The position numbers and the translations under genes were made by a program. 64,000 bases of DNA from Tubiluchus corallicola (taxonomy: Eukaryota; Animalia; Priapulida), in NCBI GenBank assembly GCA_030141605.1, contig JAQGDQ010000280.1, positions 166,058 through 230,057 on the forward strand. The letters run 5' to 3'. Of this stretch, positions 52,926-64,000 are shown piece after piece. Under the pieces are notes generated by a model. It was not told the DNA's origin, did no database searches, and was given only the letters and a program-made list of their open reading frames with translations. Within the stretch, counting starts at the first letter, position 1, and each line of letters begins with the position of its first letter.

Positions 52926-53263
52926 CACTAGCACTATATACGCATAAAACTGCTGTAAAATAACATAATTTTTTAAGGCGATTTTTGTGAAAATACAGGT
53001 ACCTCTGTATTGTGTCTTCAGGTACCTCTTTTCTTGTCCTTTAAAACATCTGTCACGGTGCCGATTCACATAAAAGTAATTTATTCAGCTAACGCGAAAA
53101 CTGTAAACTTTGCAGCTCCCAATTACCCAAACCTTTTCATACTACAAAACTACTGCCTATGAAAATCAATGGGTCTTGCAAATTGTTCATTGATTTTGGT
53201 CGTAAAATACCTCTCTATTCGAACTTTAACCGATCCGACGAAGCTTTTTGGCGAGTTTGAGAA

Positions 53264-53807
53264 TTAAAGAAAAACCGGATGATTGTGTAAACATTAGTTC
53301 AGAATTAAGGATGATCTAAAATATTGCAAACTACAATAGCTTTTTAAATCAAAGCTTAGATTAAATAATAATTATCTCGGATACTCAAATTTCGTTAAAC
53401 TTTCAAAGCTCTGTGAATCTACTAAGATTGGCAGCGGCGCCTTTTTGTCACATTCGCGTGGCCGACAAATAGAAGGCGGTACCGTGATAAGCATGATCAT
53501 GAACTGCAGTGCTAGTTTCTGACGTCATATGACGTAGAACCAATTTTCGTGACTTTACGCGTTTAAGCAGCACTGTAACACTTACTCAAACGTGCTTGCC
53601 GCGCAAGGAAAGATGCACGCTATTGCACAAACTGTCGTTAGTTTCTGGCGTAAGCAATAGCTGTGTTCGGTTGCCGTTAATTAACTTTCTAAGCTAATTA
53701 TTCAAACACAAGGAACAATTGTTAACTTTTATAAGCAAGAAAATGTATATTTTGGACAGTAAATTAAAATGAAATTGAGTCTAAACAATCGTTCGGTCTT
53801 CCTTTAA
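53264..53807 (-). mobile_element. TTAA-flanked MITE family A, full length
   Basis: TTAA-AGAAAAACCGGATGATTG ... CAATCGTTCGGTCTTCCT-TTAA. Confidence 0.88.
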
Positions 53808-54107
53808 CGTTTAAAGCTCAAGTTGCAACGTTCAGAAGTTCAGAATGCAAAAAAATCTACAGTACGGGTATTCATTGGGCGCAAAGGGAATTTCTGGCAG
53901 ATGGTTTAACACAGTAAGCAAATGTTGCTAATAGCTAATTGTGGACGCAAGAAGTGATACGTGTTATTCTACGATTATATCACACTGTGCGTAGCGTGCA
54001 TGTATCAACAAACACTGGCAAATACACGAGCCAAACTCATTAACTAATGTTGACTGACAATCAAAAACACAGCAATAAGTCTAATTCTGGTTCCCCCAAT
54101 AACGAAT

Positions 54108-54680
54108 GTATTTCGGGTAAAATGAATGAGTTCTTTGTTTGAATAATAAACTGTTTTAAGGGAAAGAAAAGGCAGTGTTAAAGTATGTCCCAAAAAAAAC
54201 TACCCTCACATTTCGGGTAAAATGAATAAGTTCTTTGTTTGAACAATAAACTGTTTAAAGGGAAAGAAAAGGCAGTGTTAAAGTATGTCCCAAAAAAACT
54301 TCCCTCACATTTCGGGTAAAATGAATAAGTTTTTGTTTGAACAATAAACTGTTTAAAGGGAAAGAAAAGGCAGTGTAAAGTATGTCCCAAAAAACTTCCC
54401 TCACAAAGTTATATTGGTTTGCATTATATTACGCTTACCTGTTTGAAACACTTATGGAATTAGAAAAGAAAATTCTTAATGATTTAAAATATTCGTGCCA
54501 CCTGGTAAAATGTCATTGCATTGCCATCCCAGTGTGCACCACTGATTCACCAAAAATACATTATTGATCTTACTGACAAGATAAAGTAATTTATACTTCT
54601 GCTTAGTTAGTGCCCTGATTAACTTTTCTAACTGTACATAATGTTATCTAAACTTGTTTCGAAGAATCTACGTCTAACCG
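54108..54680 (-). mobile_element. MITE family C with its terminus and flank triplicated (~100-bp tandem repeat at 54108-54405)
   Basis: TTTCGGGTAAAATGAAT at 54111, 54211, 54310; each unit contains GGGAAAGAAAAGGCAGTG; CCCAGTGTGCACCACTGATTCAC core follows. Confidence 0.78.
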
Positions 54681-54708
54681 TCATCGCCGATGTTTAAATT
54701 TAAAAGTT

Positions 54709-55528
54709 TTATAGTAACTGATATTCTAAGCTGGATTGCCGCACCAACGACAGAGCGATATACTCATCAATGATATCTGAGGCGAGATCAGAGTCTAGCT
54801 CGTTATCTGCTAGCTGAGCCACTACACCGCCAGGGGTGTCAGTTGATAATACGCTCTTCTTCAACGAGGTTAACACAGCATTACAATAGCGAAAGAAACT
54901 TGCAAAAAGAAGTATCGAACCCACGGGGGAGTCACCCACCCATCTACTGGAATTTCGGATATTCAGATCATCGTATGCTGCCCAGCAATAACTCTTTTAG
55001 CTTAGCAAAGTGTGACATAAAAACTCGAATCACCGTAACAATTTAAACGAATGAACTTTTTATAATAAATACTAGACACTGCCGTTCTCCACATTACAAC
55101 AGCTAATAATTTGTAATATTCTCAGTAAAACCACAAACACCTCACATAATTAAAATGTCAGATAAACAATAATGTTTATTAGTGGTAATGCTTGCTAATT
55201 ATGTAAGGAACTGCTTACATGTTTGCAGCACTTCTCAGTTTTAAAACTAAACACACCGCGCTGCCATAAAGAAAAATACTGCAAATTTTGTCTACATAAA
55301 AGACCAAGTAATAACTTACCAAACATCAGGTAGTATCTGGAACTCGTGCTTTGTAAAAAAAGCATGAATAATACTTTTCAACAAAACCAAGATATGATTG
55401 CATAACAAACCGAAAAATATTTAATCACTATTAGTTTGAAAATTTTTCGTTGTGTACATCAATATAAAAAATGTGAGCAAACACTCCTGGGGTAATTTTT
55501 TACCCTACCTTGGTCTGCTAAGGGTTAA
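54709..55528 (-). mobile_element. Possible piggyBac-like left-end relic
   Basis: Minus strand starts TTAA-CCCT followed by GGGTAAAAAATTACCCC; downstream short acidic frame (VVAQLADNELDSDLASDIIDEY). No right end found. Confidence 0.3.
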
Positions 55529-56174
55529 TCAATCCAAGAGTTTTATCAGATTAATGAGATAGTTTTCTCATCAGGTGAGAGAAATTTGTCAGGGTTGAAG
55601 AATCACATCAGATACAAGTAGAAAAAGTATATTAAAACAGAAAAAGCACACTTACTGAATAGGTATCTATGTGTAATTCATAAGCTCTCCAAGATGAATT
55701 CATATTTGCATTAACTAATCTCACATCATCACCACGATCAGACGATGCTTAGTTTTGTTTATTTTAGACTTCAGTTAAATCAGCAACAGCGCATTTATGA
55801 AGAACAAAGTTTACCAGATCAGTAAACTACTTCTCTGTAAAACTGTCACCACCGAACTTATCATTTTAATAGCACTCTCCAAGTCTAGACTAAAGATCGT
55901 ATCACGTCTAGTAAGACTTTGAGAAGTGAACTTTGCCAGGAGCAGCTACCATGAGTTCATTGTAGCAGTTTACATGTCTCACCCCTGCTGAGCAAAACTG
56001 TGCCTCACTAGACACCTAATACTAGACAGATACGGTTACAGAAGTAAAGAAATTCCAACAGCTGTTGTACTTGACTTGATGTAACTTCATCTCTTCTTTG
56101 GTGAAGCGAGACAAAACTTAAACTGAACCACTTGTAACTGAACGGCCGTGATTTTAGACATTTCATATGCCTTT

Positions 56175-56835
56175 TTGAAATTTATTGAAGATGTAACATC
56201 AGACTAGGCTTGAAACAGACAGTTTTACAACTGAGATATGTTCTCCCCTAGTGGGAGCGAAACGCTAGACAGACGCACAACAATGGTGACCACAATGTAC
56301 GAAAAATGTTGCAATAAATATGAACATTACTATGTAACAAGAGTAACAAAGTTAATACTATTTAAAGCGCTTAATGTTTGAAATAAAAGACTGCACTAAA
56401 ACAGAAATTTAAGTGTTCACAGAATTATCTAGGGTATGGTTTCCGTGCAGGAACAAACGTACAAGTTCATTTGTTGCAAGACTGTAAACATTGATGTTAA
56501 AAGCTGAGAAAAGAGTGCAAAGATTTGTAAATGAGTCGTGTCTGGCCTGATGGTAAAGAGGGCAGCTAATTAAGTAATGACCCACTGTTTCATAAGTAGA
56601 ACCACATCGACAATTGGGTGATACTAGCGACCCGTCGTAGTTTTTACATTTTCTGAGGTATAAATCATAATTTAGTTGACAAAAACAAACTCTCATTCTA
56701 GTATGGTGTACAGATGAATATCCAGCATCACTTGAAAAGTAAGTAGGCCGCTTATTAAAACACATGTGATTCTTTAGTCGAGATCTAAAGATGTTTAAAG
56801 AGTTAGAATTACTTGATATCAAGAGGTAAATTATA
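56175..56835 (-). mobile_element. CR1-group LINE 3' fragment, second family (pseudogenised)
   Basis: LPLDI..SNSLNIFRSRLK ... HTRMR ... LNYDLY ... SPNCRCGSTYETVGHYLISCPLY...R ... LFLHG ... *..FI..IKRF; 3' UTR with stem-loop and AATAAA. Confidence 0.82.
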
Positions 56836-57593
56836 TGCCATTTTCTTCTATAAGAGTCTATTCCCTCCTATTCCATTTAGCTTCCGGGGGAGTAGTAGTA
56901 TCAGTTTTTTCATCAACAATTTGGTTCACTTTTCAAACCCACACACTCTGCAAACACTCTAATTCAGGCGGGTGTAGCCGCACCGGAACCTACTTAACTG
57001 TAAAATGTAACTTCAAGGATTGAATTTGTAGAGAGCTCGAAGTATATTAGACTGGAGTTAGTGTAGACTGTTATAGATTGGTTCACTCTAGTGGTTGAAA
57101 CAAAAATATGAAATTGTTTTGTGTTACTGAGCGCAGCTTTATATAAGTGATACATAACGAACAGGTGCAAGGTATTACACGACAAGCAGTTGCCCCTGAC
57201 TGCAACATGCAGACTACTCAAGTGACCTATGACTCAGACCCACGGACACACTGATCTACTTCGGATTCACGACATCCATTCTTGCAATTCTTCCACGTGA
57301 CTCACGGCAGTCACACTGCAAATATGAGCGCAATTTCCTCTCAAATTTGATTAATCCCACCTGAATGTCAATATTAATGCAGCGCAAATTTGTGTTAATT
57401 GCGGAGAAAATTTGATTTTCATTCGCCGGAAGTGTCAACGCCGGAAGAATCGAAATGAACCCGAAGTCAAAGAATGAAAAAAAACAAGCAGGACAAAGAA
57501 GCAATAATTATACACGTCTTAAGTAAGCACTTTATTCCAAGAAAAAGGCTGCCTATTTCAGTTGTATGGATTCTTCTCTGTAGTTGTCAGTAG

Positions 57594-58050
57594 TGAAAGG
57601 AAGACAGGATGATTTTTCATTTACTACCCCATTTTCAAATCTGATAAAAACTAAACATTTTAACGCAATTAATACTGCAAAAGCGGTTCTGATAATAGAC
57701 TAAAATCTTAATAAATGGCGGGCAAGCCCAACTATTGATGGCATCACAAACTAACATAATTTTCAACAGCAAAAATACTCCACGAGCGTGCTGCACACGT
57801 GTTTGCGAAAGCGAAAATTGAAGTGCTGTGCTACTGTCAGTGTGTTGAACTAAGCCTAGGTAAGCTCTAGGATAAAAATTCAAAGTTCAAATTTACCGCA
57901 TGAACTGTCAAACGTGTGCACTACCTCACAAATTAACACCTCTGAACTACGAGGTACAGCACCTGTTTTTTGTGCAAGGCGGTTCCGAAATGCAGGCGCT
58001 AGAGCCCGTCTAACTAGCGAATGGTGAAATATACGTAACAGGAAAGAACT
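57594..58050 (+). mobile_element. MITE family D, lacking right end
   Basis: Starts AAAGGAAGACAGGATGATTTTT (TIR like family A); colinear with 7620-7950. Confidence 0.75.
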
Positions 58051-58882
58051 AGTGGCGAGAACCTCACTAAGAATTTTGATAATTAAATAATAGATTAAAA
58101 TCAGTATACGTTAAATTCTTTTGCATAAACGTGTATATCGGAATTATAAATTACTTTTTCAAGTCTGGGAGCCACAAAATCAATAATCAATCTATTCCTG
58201 TCAGCTCTGTCTCTGCAGTATAGCCCTCCTTAATTAAGGATCATAGAATTTGCTCAGCACTTAGCTAACCGCGTAGTTTACGACGAGTAAACACGATCAA
58301 CACACGTTCACTTAGCCAATCACAGCAGAGTTTGGGTACCCAGAAACCAATCAGCAAAGCTTCACTGCAATCACGTGATATCAGGTTACCAAACATTGAG
58401 CTGATAACAGCAGATAAGGATCTAGGAAGTGTCAACATTATTCAAAACAACACCAGTTGAGACATCTGCCATCATGCAAAGCATGAGAAAGACAAGACTT
58501 CTTGGGTTTTACTGTACTTTATAATAGAAAGAAGGTGTGATTCGTATCAAACAGTGAATTTGTTGATATTTTAACTTATGTAGACTTATGTGTCTACATA
58601 ACTTATGTAACGTACACTCTCTTCTTTCTTATTCTTTAATTGTAACTTATCTTACCCTTCCAACAACAACTACAACAGCTGATAACGCATATAACATGGT
58701 TCAATTACTTTGATCTTTATCTGACCATTTTATTAATTTAAATTTTACATAAAACAAATATTTCTTTCTTCTTCAAAATCTCATTCCACTTATTGTAGGT
58801 ATTGAGGTATCAACATTAGAGTATTTCACCCACTTCTATCTGCAGCCAGCAGCGTAAGTTCTTCTACTCCTAAAGATAGATT

Positions 58883-59170
58883 TTGTTGAAGTTGTTGAAC
58901 AACTTTATTGAAACATTTCATAGAAGTCTCCTTAGGAAAGTTTTCAAGATAAGATGGCCATACATAATCAAAAATGAAGATTTATACACCAGAACAGAAG
59001 AAATTTATTGGAGTTCAAAAGTCAAGATCTGGAGACTAAAATGGCTAGGACATGTTCTAAGATTACCAAATGAAGCACCAGTAAGAGTCGTTTTAAGTAA
59101 GCCCTAAAACCTTGCAAAAAACCACCTAGTAAACCTAAAACAACTTGGATAACTATGATAAATAAAGATG
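58883..59170 (+). mobile_element. RTE-clade LINE ORF2 3' fragment (pseudogenised)
   Basis: FHRSLLRKVFKIRWP..I.NEDLY.RT ... RLKWLGHVLR ... P ... KPKTTW...I.KD, the typical RTE post-RT region. Confidence 0.85.
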
Positions 59171-59660
59171 TTCAAAAACGTCAAAATAAATATTCGCTCT
59201 ACAAAAAGCCATTGTTCTTTACCCACTCTCTTCTTTATCCTTCCGCCTTACGCTGTATACAGTTCTACTTCGAATTCGTTCGCAACACCTCATGACTATT
59301 TCACTGTCCCCTCTGTCCCTTAAGCTTTATAATTGAATTAATTTTGCAATAATTTATTGGGTTGAAGCGTTTGTAAACTCTTAAGGAAAGCCATGCGTAA
59401 AATTTAATACTTACAATTTACAGTCAGTTCTATAATGATGTAAAAATTATAATATAGCAGCCCTTCACAATCGGATATTTCGTGAATTGGAACTACTTTT
59501 CAAGCATGACGCGCTGCACACTACGCGTGTGGTCTATTTACTTGAATTATTATTTACTGGTTCAAGCTCTTGCTGATCTCTTTATGGACGCTTTTCCTTG
59601 ATTAATACGAAATCGTTGACATTTTACAAAATCTTGAACGAGGGTGGGCCCATAGAAAAG

Positions 59661-60058
59661 CAGGGGGCGGACACAGGTTTTAGAACAAGGGTGGGCCCAA
59701 CAGAAAAACAGTTAAGGGATCTGGGGGAGCGGTGTAAGCTCCCCAGCGAAGTCCACCCGGACAATAATACATTTTACTGCATTTTGGACCACTTTGTTGC
59801 CTCCTAGAAACCATTTCCTCTAGGAAACTCATTGGTTTAGCACAGGTGTCGCCTCACCTTTGTCTCAAAGTTACATACCAATATACACTATACATAACTT
59901 TCATCTGTTTTCTTGTGATCTATTACAGGTATTTTTACAGGTATAAGGCACCTTTAAGATTTAGCAAATCGTTCTAATGCTTATAATTCAGAGAAAATAT
60001 TAATTTGGAGTGTTGTAACTGTTACTCCAAACAGGAGCACCCCCTAAATCCGCCACTA
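59661..60058. mobile_element. MITE with CAG(G/T)GGCGGA-type TIRs
   Basis: CAGGGGGCGGA ... TCCGCCACT; internal GGGGAGC GGTGTAA GCTCCCC hairpin. Confidence 0.6.
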
Positions 60059-60659
60059 AAATAGAGAGGCTTAGCTTACGTAAAGGCGGAAATGACATTA
60101 GTCGCAAAAAGCATGGTGGCCACCAGACTCAATTTCTTACGTCAGTCTCTTTATTCTGTGGTAAGCCCAAGTTAGCTAGGCCAATATTCCGAGAACAGAG
60201 TAGGCCTACATGTACAAAAGTCTGGGTTGGCCAGTTTCCTCCCTCGTGGCGCGTCCCTCACAAAGTGTACAACGCCCCAACAGATCTATCACTGTCGACA
60301 CTTGTAATAAATTAAAGGTAATTTCTTTTGTTCACAAGCACAAATAGTTAATGACCAGTATAGTGGAATATTAATTTCTAATGAGCATAACATCTGTGCT
60401 GTCAGTAAAAACGTGCGGCGGTTTAAATACGTTGTTGCACTGTGCTGCCATCTCTGATCGATTTACGCATAAAACCCAAACGCTTCACTGGGGCTGCCTT
60501 GCAGCTGAATTGGCAAATCATATTATGTAGCTTTTAATCCCAAATTTTTCAGCACGAAATTTACTTTAATAGTTATTATAAAAAACATAAATTTATCTTT
60601 TTTAATCCTCCTTTTAAGACAATATTTAATTAATAGAAAAGTCGATCAAATTCAATACC

Positions 60660-60848
60660 CATGAGGCTTCTGTCGGCAAATGTAAATAACAAACTACACC
60701 TACATAGGAGAGATTATTATTACCACTTGTACCCTAAATACCACGCGCCAGGCTGGGCAAAAGCAGTTTTAAAGTCTTTAGTATTACCCGGCCGCAGTAT
60801 CGAACTAACGACCACCCATGCGGAAAGCGGACGCGTTATCAGTAGACT
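60660..60848 (-). mobile_element. tRNA-headed Meta/MESC-like SINE, copy 3
   Basis: Minus strand AGTCTACTGATAACGCGTCCGCTTTCCG ... GTTCGATAC ... ACTAAAGACTTTAAAA ... GTTATTTACA, colinear with the 32108 copy. Confidence 0.7.
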
Positions 60849-61034
60849 TTACAGTCAAAATCTAACCCTTCTGCAGGTCAGATGACCAATCAATTATCGT
60901 TAATTAATTATCGATGATCATTATCACTTCTTATCGTTAATTTCCCTCTCAAAAAGCTACGTGAACTTTATTTCGAATTAATTTTCGTTTCTGTGAAATA
61001 TTGCTCAACATACAACCTGATTCATGTTTGAACT

Positions 61035-61192
61035 ATATGAACTGCCCTATATGGCCCCACATGAACTGCCCTATATGGCCCTACATGAACTGCAATATAT
61101 GGCCCTACATGAACTGCCCTATATGGCCCTACATGAACTGCCCTATATGACCCTAGATGAACTGCCCTCTGTGGCCCTACATCAACTGCCCA
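61035..61192. repeat. 24-bp minisatellite (ATGAACTGCCCTATATGGCCCTAC), ~6.5 copies
   Basis: Period 24. Confidence 0.92.
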
Positions 61193-62044
61193 AACACACG
61201 ATTCTCTTCCAAATAAGGCAATAAATGACAATCATCACCGTGTTACCTGCACGCTGTACCAGGTAAACACCGTCAAGGCGCACCTGACCTCGTTACAACG
61301 CCTTCCATCGTTAATCCCGTAAATTAAACAAAAAACCACCCTGCTACTTTTTTACAGCATTAGCACACTAAAGCAACAACCACAGGCTCATGACTCATAT
61401 GATTACACAACGCCTTAATACAACGAAAGTGCCTAACACCTCACATATCCAGTTTCTGAATTTGACAATGGATTAGGAATTCCCCGGGGAAAGGCGCTAA
61501 AATAATCGCACAGATTATCAATTAACGTATCAAACTGGCAAAAGTCTTTCATGACATAATATTTCCCGTTTTGAGTGATTTAATGACGAAGCAATCAAAT
61601 CAGGGGTTAACAACGTCAGGCTATCCGGGAACAATGGGCGATTTGTTAGAGGCAGATAATACAGCATTATATCACATGAATTATATCTTCCATTTTGACG
61701 AAATAAGCACCAGATATACGAATTAGCATCCAGCGTGATTGTACAGCTCACTGTCTAGTCGAAAATTTATTTCAAAGCAATTTATTTCGTGTGTACTGGT
61801 TAAATCAATTTGTTCTGGATGGCAATTCAACACAATTGTGCGTTTTGTGAGTAAAAATTTCGTGAAACCGAAACCGAAATGTCCCCCACTGACCCCCAGT
61901 TCGGAATCCAACCATACACCGAAATAAACAGGGTAAAGATATTAGTTCATTTTTTGTGAACAGGCGTTACGCCTTAGAATTTAGAAAAGTTTTATGATTT
62001 GGGGTTAAATGGAAAATAAATTTAACGTTCTAACTTTTAGTTAT

Positions 62045-62263
<219 letters not shown>

Positions 62264-62628
62264 ATTGTGTCAGTTACTGCATGTTTGAGCTCCTCAAACA
62301 TTCGCAATTTTTTGTGTTTAAACCAGAATTTCAAAGATATGTGTGAACTTATGAGTGTCTGGCGAAGCCGATCGTGACATTTATTAAGTGAAAATTGTTT
62401 TACTTATTGAGATATTAGCGCTGAAAGTATAAATTTTATGGTGAAACCTTATTAAGCTAATTAAACGGTTGGCAAACACAAGTCACGTGACAGGGTTACC
62501 TGTCTCACACATTACAGGAAACTTACCTGTATGAACAATACCACAATTTACGAGTCAGTTAAAGGCTCGTGAAATCATGTCATTTTCTGGAAGGTGCAGT
62601 CAGCCACCATTAAGCACGAGAACGAGTT

Positions 62629-63744
62629 GTGAGATTTGTCGCAAATATTGATCCTCCTCTAGGGTCAAACTCGGACACGTCAGCTGATTGGGCAGATGGT
62701 GATGAGGAAACTAGCGGGATAGAATGCGAGGAGTCCGTCTCAACATCCACTCTTACTGAAATTAAAGCCCAGGCCCTAAAATTACTGCGTAACTCAAATG
62801 GCGCTGTGGCAATAAACGAAATCATTTGCATGTTGCAGGGTGATACTAACAAGAGCAGCACTTTTAACAAACTTAATACTCTGTCAAATACGATCCAACA
62901 CTTAGATCAGAAAGTAGACGTGCTGATAAGTAACGTTGGAACCAAGTCGTATTCAGCAGCAGCTAAGAGTGGTATGTTACAATCTAAGCAACCGGGTGCA
63001 GCATCAGCTAAGTCTGCAAGTTATGACCAAAAGAGCAGCCAAACACTGTACGATCCGGAAAAAACTGTGTTGATAGAAAATGTTAAAGATCCAAAGCTAG
63101 TGGACACAAGTATAAACATCAAACGTAATATCAGCAGATACTTCCCGTTAACCAAATTTGAAGTTGCATACAAAACTGCAAAAGGTAAAATTCAGATCCA
63201 GTTAAATGACAGCGACACGGCAAAGAAAATGATTAGCGAATGGAAATCTGAATTTTTAGGTGGGGACACACGGGTGAGACAGCCAAAGAAACTGCATATA
63301 GGCCTTATCAGAGACTGCGATCCAAATTTATCAGACCAAGATGTAGAATATGAAATACAAAATCAGTATGAGGGAGTAAAGGTAGAGAGATTTAAGAAAA
63401 GAAATGGGACAAATATGCCATTAGTCAAAGTCACCTTTCAATCCCAAGAAGACCTATACCAAGCTATTAATAAGGGTATACCTATAGATCAGATGCTATG
63501 CAGTGTGGAATTGTTCGCTAGCAAGCAGAAGCCCATTCGTTGTTTCAATTGCCAAAAATACAACCACGTGGCCAAGTTTTGCAAGCATTCTGTTGTGTGT
63601 GGAAAATGTAGCGCGAAACATAGAACTAATGAATGCACGGCAGAAGAGACTGTTTGCGCAAATTGTAAGGGGAAGCACGAGGCAAGGAGCAGAGAGTGTG
63701 AAATTTACCAGAAGGAGTTGAAAAGAACACAGATGTATCAATGA
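62629..63744 (+). CDS. LINE ORF1 gag-like nucleic-acid-binding protein (start uncertain; first in-frame ATG at 62830)
   Basis: Three zinc knuckles CFNCQKYNHVAKFC, CGKCSAKHRTNEC and CANCKGKHEARSREC, preceded by RRM-like segments, a coiled-coil-like stretch and an SYSAAAK motif; 371 codons open. Confidence 0.9.
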   Translation: MRFVANIDPPLGSNSDTSADWADGDEETSGIECEESVSTSTLTEIKAQALKLLRNSNGAVAINEIICMLQGDTNKSSTFNKLNTLSNTIQHLDQKVDVLISNVGTKSYSAAAKSGMLQSKQPGAASAKSASYDQKSSQTLYDPEKTVLIENVKDPKLVDTSINIKRNISRYFPLTKFEVAYKTAKGKIQIQLNDSDTAKKMISEWKSEFLGGDTRVRQPKKLHIGLIRDCDPNLSDQDVEYEIQNQYEGVKVERFKKRNGTNMPLVKVTFQSQEDLYQAINKGIPIDQMLCSVELFASKQKPIRCFNCQKYNHVAKFCKHSVVCGKCSAKHRTNECTAEETVCANCKGKHEARSRECEIYQKELKRTQMYQ

Positions 63745-64000
63745 CTCAAACACGAGATCGTCTTTTCAAGGTATGCCAAATTAACATCAATTCGTTGTCA
63801 CCTCGCTCAACTTTAGCATTAGACAATTACGTAAATAGAGAAAACTTTGACATCGTATCAGTTCAAGAGACGCGGGTAGACCCAGCTCAACAATTTCCGA
63901 AACTAACGAACTATAAAGAGTACTTTAAGTCATGCAGACCTTTTCATGGAGGAGTAGCGGTTTTTGTCAAAACCAACATAAATAGCTGCAAAATTAAAGA
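63741..64000 (+). CDS. LINE ORF2 N-terminus, apurinic/apyrimidinic-type endonuclease (partial)
   Basis: Manual translation MTQTRDRLFKVCQININSL ... FDIVSVQETR ... HGGVAVFVK gives the first APE/EEP motifs; open to the window end; absent from the ORF track. Confidence 0.88.
   Translation, partial: MTQTRDRLFKVCQININSLSPRSTLALDNYVNRENFDIVSVQETRVDPAQQFPKLTNYKEYFKSCRPFHGGVAVFVKTNINSCKIK

Larger units (their letters stand above)
62555..64000 (+). mobile_element. Non-LTR retrotransposon (I/Jockey-like group), 5' part, runs off the window
   Basis: gag-like ORF1 followed by APE-domain ORF2; the 5' boundary is inferred from an initiator-like TCAGTT at 62555. Confidence 0.88.

Overview
AT-rich, repeat-dense animal (probably marine invertebrate) genomic DNA with no recognisable host protein-coding gene, rRNA, true tRNA or CRISPR array; it reads as a gene desert or a very large intron. 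Most ORFs in the supplied track are artefacts of microsatellites and minisatellites. The only convincing intact coding sequence is at the right edge: the 5' part of a non-LTR retrotransposon (I/Jockey-like group) with a gag-like ORF1 carrying three CCHC knuckles and an APE-endonuclease ORF2 that starts in an ATGA overlap with the ORF1 stop. The rest contains several families of TTAA-flanked Kolobok/T2-like MITEs, other TIR elements (hAT, piggyBac-like, unassigned), CR1-type and RTE LINE 3' fragments, three tRNA-headed SINEs with a Meta/MESC-like core, and many tandem repeats. The most interesting signals are two loci with minimal hammerhead-ribozyme motifs. One is a Penelope-like fragment with inverted pseudo-LTRs and a U3-A8 core variant (12.5-13.0 kb). 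The other is a ~90-nt hammerhead-bearing unit in one inverted plus two tandem copies (44.9-45.2 kb). I cannot claim a genuinely new system; superfamily calls are by eye from terminal motifs and need database confirmation.
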